Shown here piece by piece: positions 63,253 through 64,000 of a stretch of 64,000 bases of DNA. The notes under the pieces are model-generated. The model was given only the letters and a program-made list of their open reading frames with translations. It made no database searches and was not told the DNA's origin. The DNA comes from an uncultured delta proteobacterium (GTDB taxonomy: Bacteria; Desulfobacterota; BSN033; UBA1163): NCBI GenBank assembly GCA_963708295.1, contig CAVPSJ010000011.1, positions 128,001 to 192,000 on the forward strand. Reading direction: 5' to 3'. Position numbers and translations under genes: made by a program. Within the stretch, counting starts at the first letter, position 1. Each line of letters begins with the position of its first letter.

Positions 63253-63914
63253 CCCTGCCTCTCTTTTCCCTTGACTTTGTTCTTTTTCATCAACCCGGAG
63301 ATCGTCATGCTCCCTTGGACACTCGTAGGCATTCTTGGGTTGAAGACGAGAAGATCCAGCTCAGAGATCATCAGCTCTTTCTCATGGTGTTCGATATCAT
63401 AGATAAATTGCCCCAGGCCTGTCATACTGCTGATCGGATTGAAGTCAACGTGAAGAGATACCTTCAGGTAGACATTCATCTCTTTGGGGTCCAGTATCCT
63501 GACACTCCGAATGCCGATCCCGTTCTTCTCGGAAAGCCGCTTTACGATCTCCTGGAGATTGGCGGCTCCGAGCTGGGGATTCTCTCCCGACAGGAGCTTC
63601 TGTTGAATCCCTTCGTACTCTTTAGACGTCCAGGCGAGCTCCTCTTCGATCGCCTTACGATTCCGGAGAAACTCTTCATACTTCAATAAGGCTCTTTTCT
63701 TCAGAGCTATCTCCTCTTCCACCTTCTTTTTCGCCTCGATCAGCGGGAGAACACCAAAGGAAATGACCAGGATGACCGCGACGATTCCAGCCAGCAAAAA
63801 AAGAATTCTCTTCTGAGAAAACTTCACTTTCTTCAAGAAATTCAAATTGAAGAATTTCAAGTTGCTGGAGAGCTTTGAGAACTTCAAACTGTTCGGGAAA
63901 ACCCATTTTTTCAA
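63249..63914 (-). CDS. gspM: GspM/PilO-like type II secretion protein
   Basis: Single TM, coiled coil, A.LQ..V, L..F.Y.IE ferredoxin-like domain. Confidence 0.72.
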   Translation of the reverse strand: MKKWVFPNSLKFSKLSSNLKFFNLNFLKKVKFSQKRILFLLAGIVAVILVISFGVLPLIEAKKKVEEEIALKKRALLKYEEFLRNRKAIEEELAWTSKEYEGIQQKLLSGENPQLGAANLQEIVKRLSEKNGIGIRSVRILDPKEMNVYLKVSLHVDFNPISSMTGLGQFIYDIEHHEKELMISELDLLVFNPRMPTSVQGSMTISGLMKKNKVKGKERQG

Positions 63915-63918
63915 GCGG

Positions 63919-64000
63919 TTATCTTCCCCCCTGAATCTTCGCCTTGATCTTGAACCTCTCCTTTTCTTTGTTTCCTTCGCCTCTCATCTGGCTCTCCTTC
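63919..64000 (-). CDS. C-terminal end of GspL/PilN-like protein (partial)
   Basis: ...KEKERFKIKAKIQGGR* immediately upstream of gspM. Confidence 0.5.
   Translation of the reverse strand, partial: KESQMRGEGNKEKERFKIKAKIQGGR

Overview
A 64-kb bacterial chromosomal window, most likely from a deltaproteobacterium (Desulfobacterota-like gene order: pilD + HAMP kinase/sigma54 regulator + minor pilins + pilMNOPQ, mglAB, ccsA). It contains, in order: (1) 1-9.9 kb, a surface-glycan cluster (GT4s, methyltransferases, Wzx flippase, AsnB-type amidotransferase, TMTC-like GT-C/TPR protein) with many apparent frameshifts, probably consensus errors; (2) 10-36.6 kb, a type IVa pilus locus with two minor-pilin sets, PilY1, and an embedded polarity module (short SgmX-like TPR, REC-PATAN, MglB, MglA, repeat-rich CheW-like protein, PAS kinase/NtrC pair) before pilMNOPQ; (3) housekeeping genes (pyrD, pyrK, rimI, mobA, dnaJ); (4) 43.6-53.2 kb, the strongest candidate for an undescribed system: a reductase plus an orphan ketosynthase directly upstream of a multi-TM/GAF sensor kinase, a degenerate AAA+/pseudo-kinase fusion, an NtrC-type activator and a sigma54-driven REC-HD-GYP phosphodiesterase, which together look like a lipid-signal synthesis-and-sensing circuit analogous in logic to RpfF/RpfC/RpfG; (5) ccsA, a 2-oxoacid:ferredoxin oxidoreductase operon, an ArsA/Get3 ATPase, an aminotransferase and type II secretion genes. 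No rRNA, tRNA, CRISPR array or transposase was seen. All functional calls come from motif recognition by eye; no searches were run.
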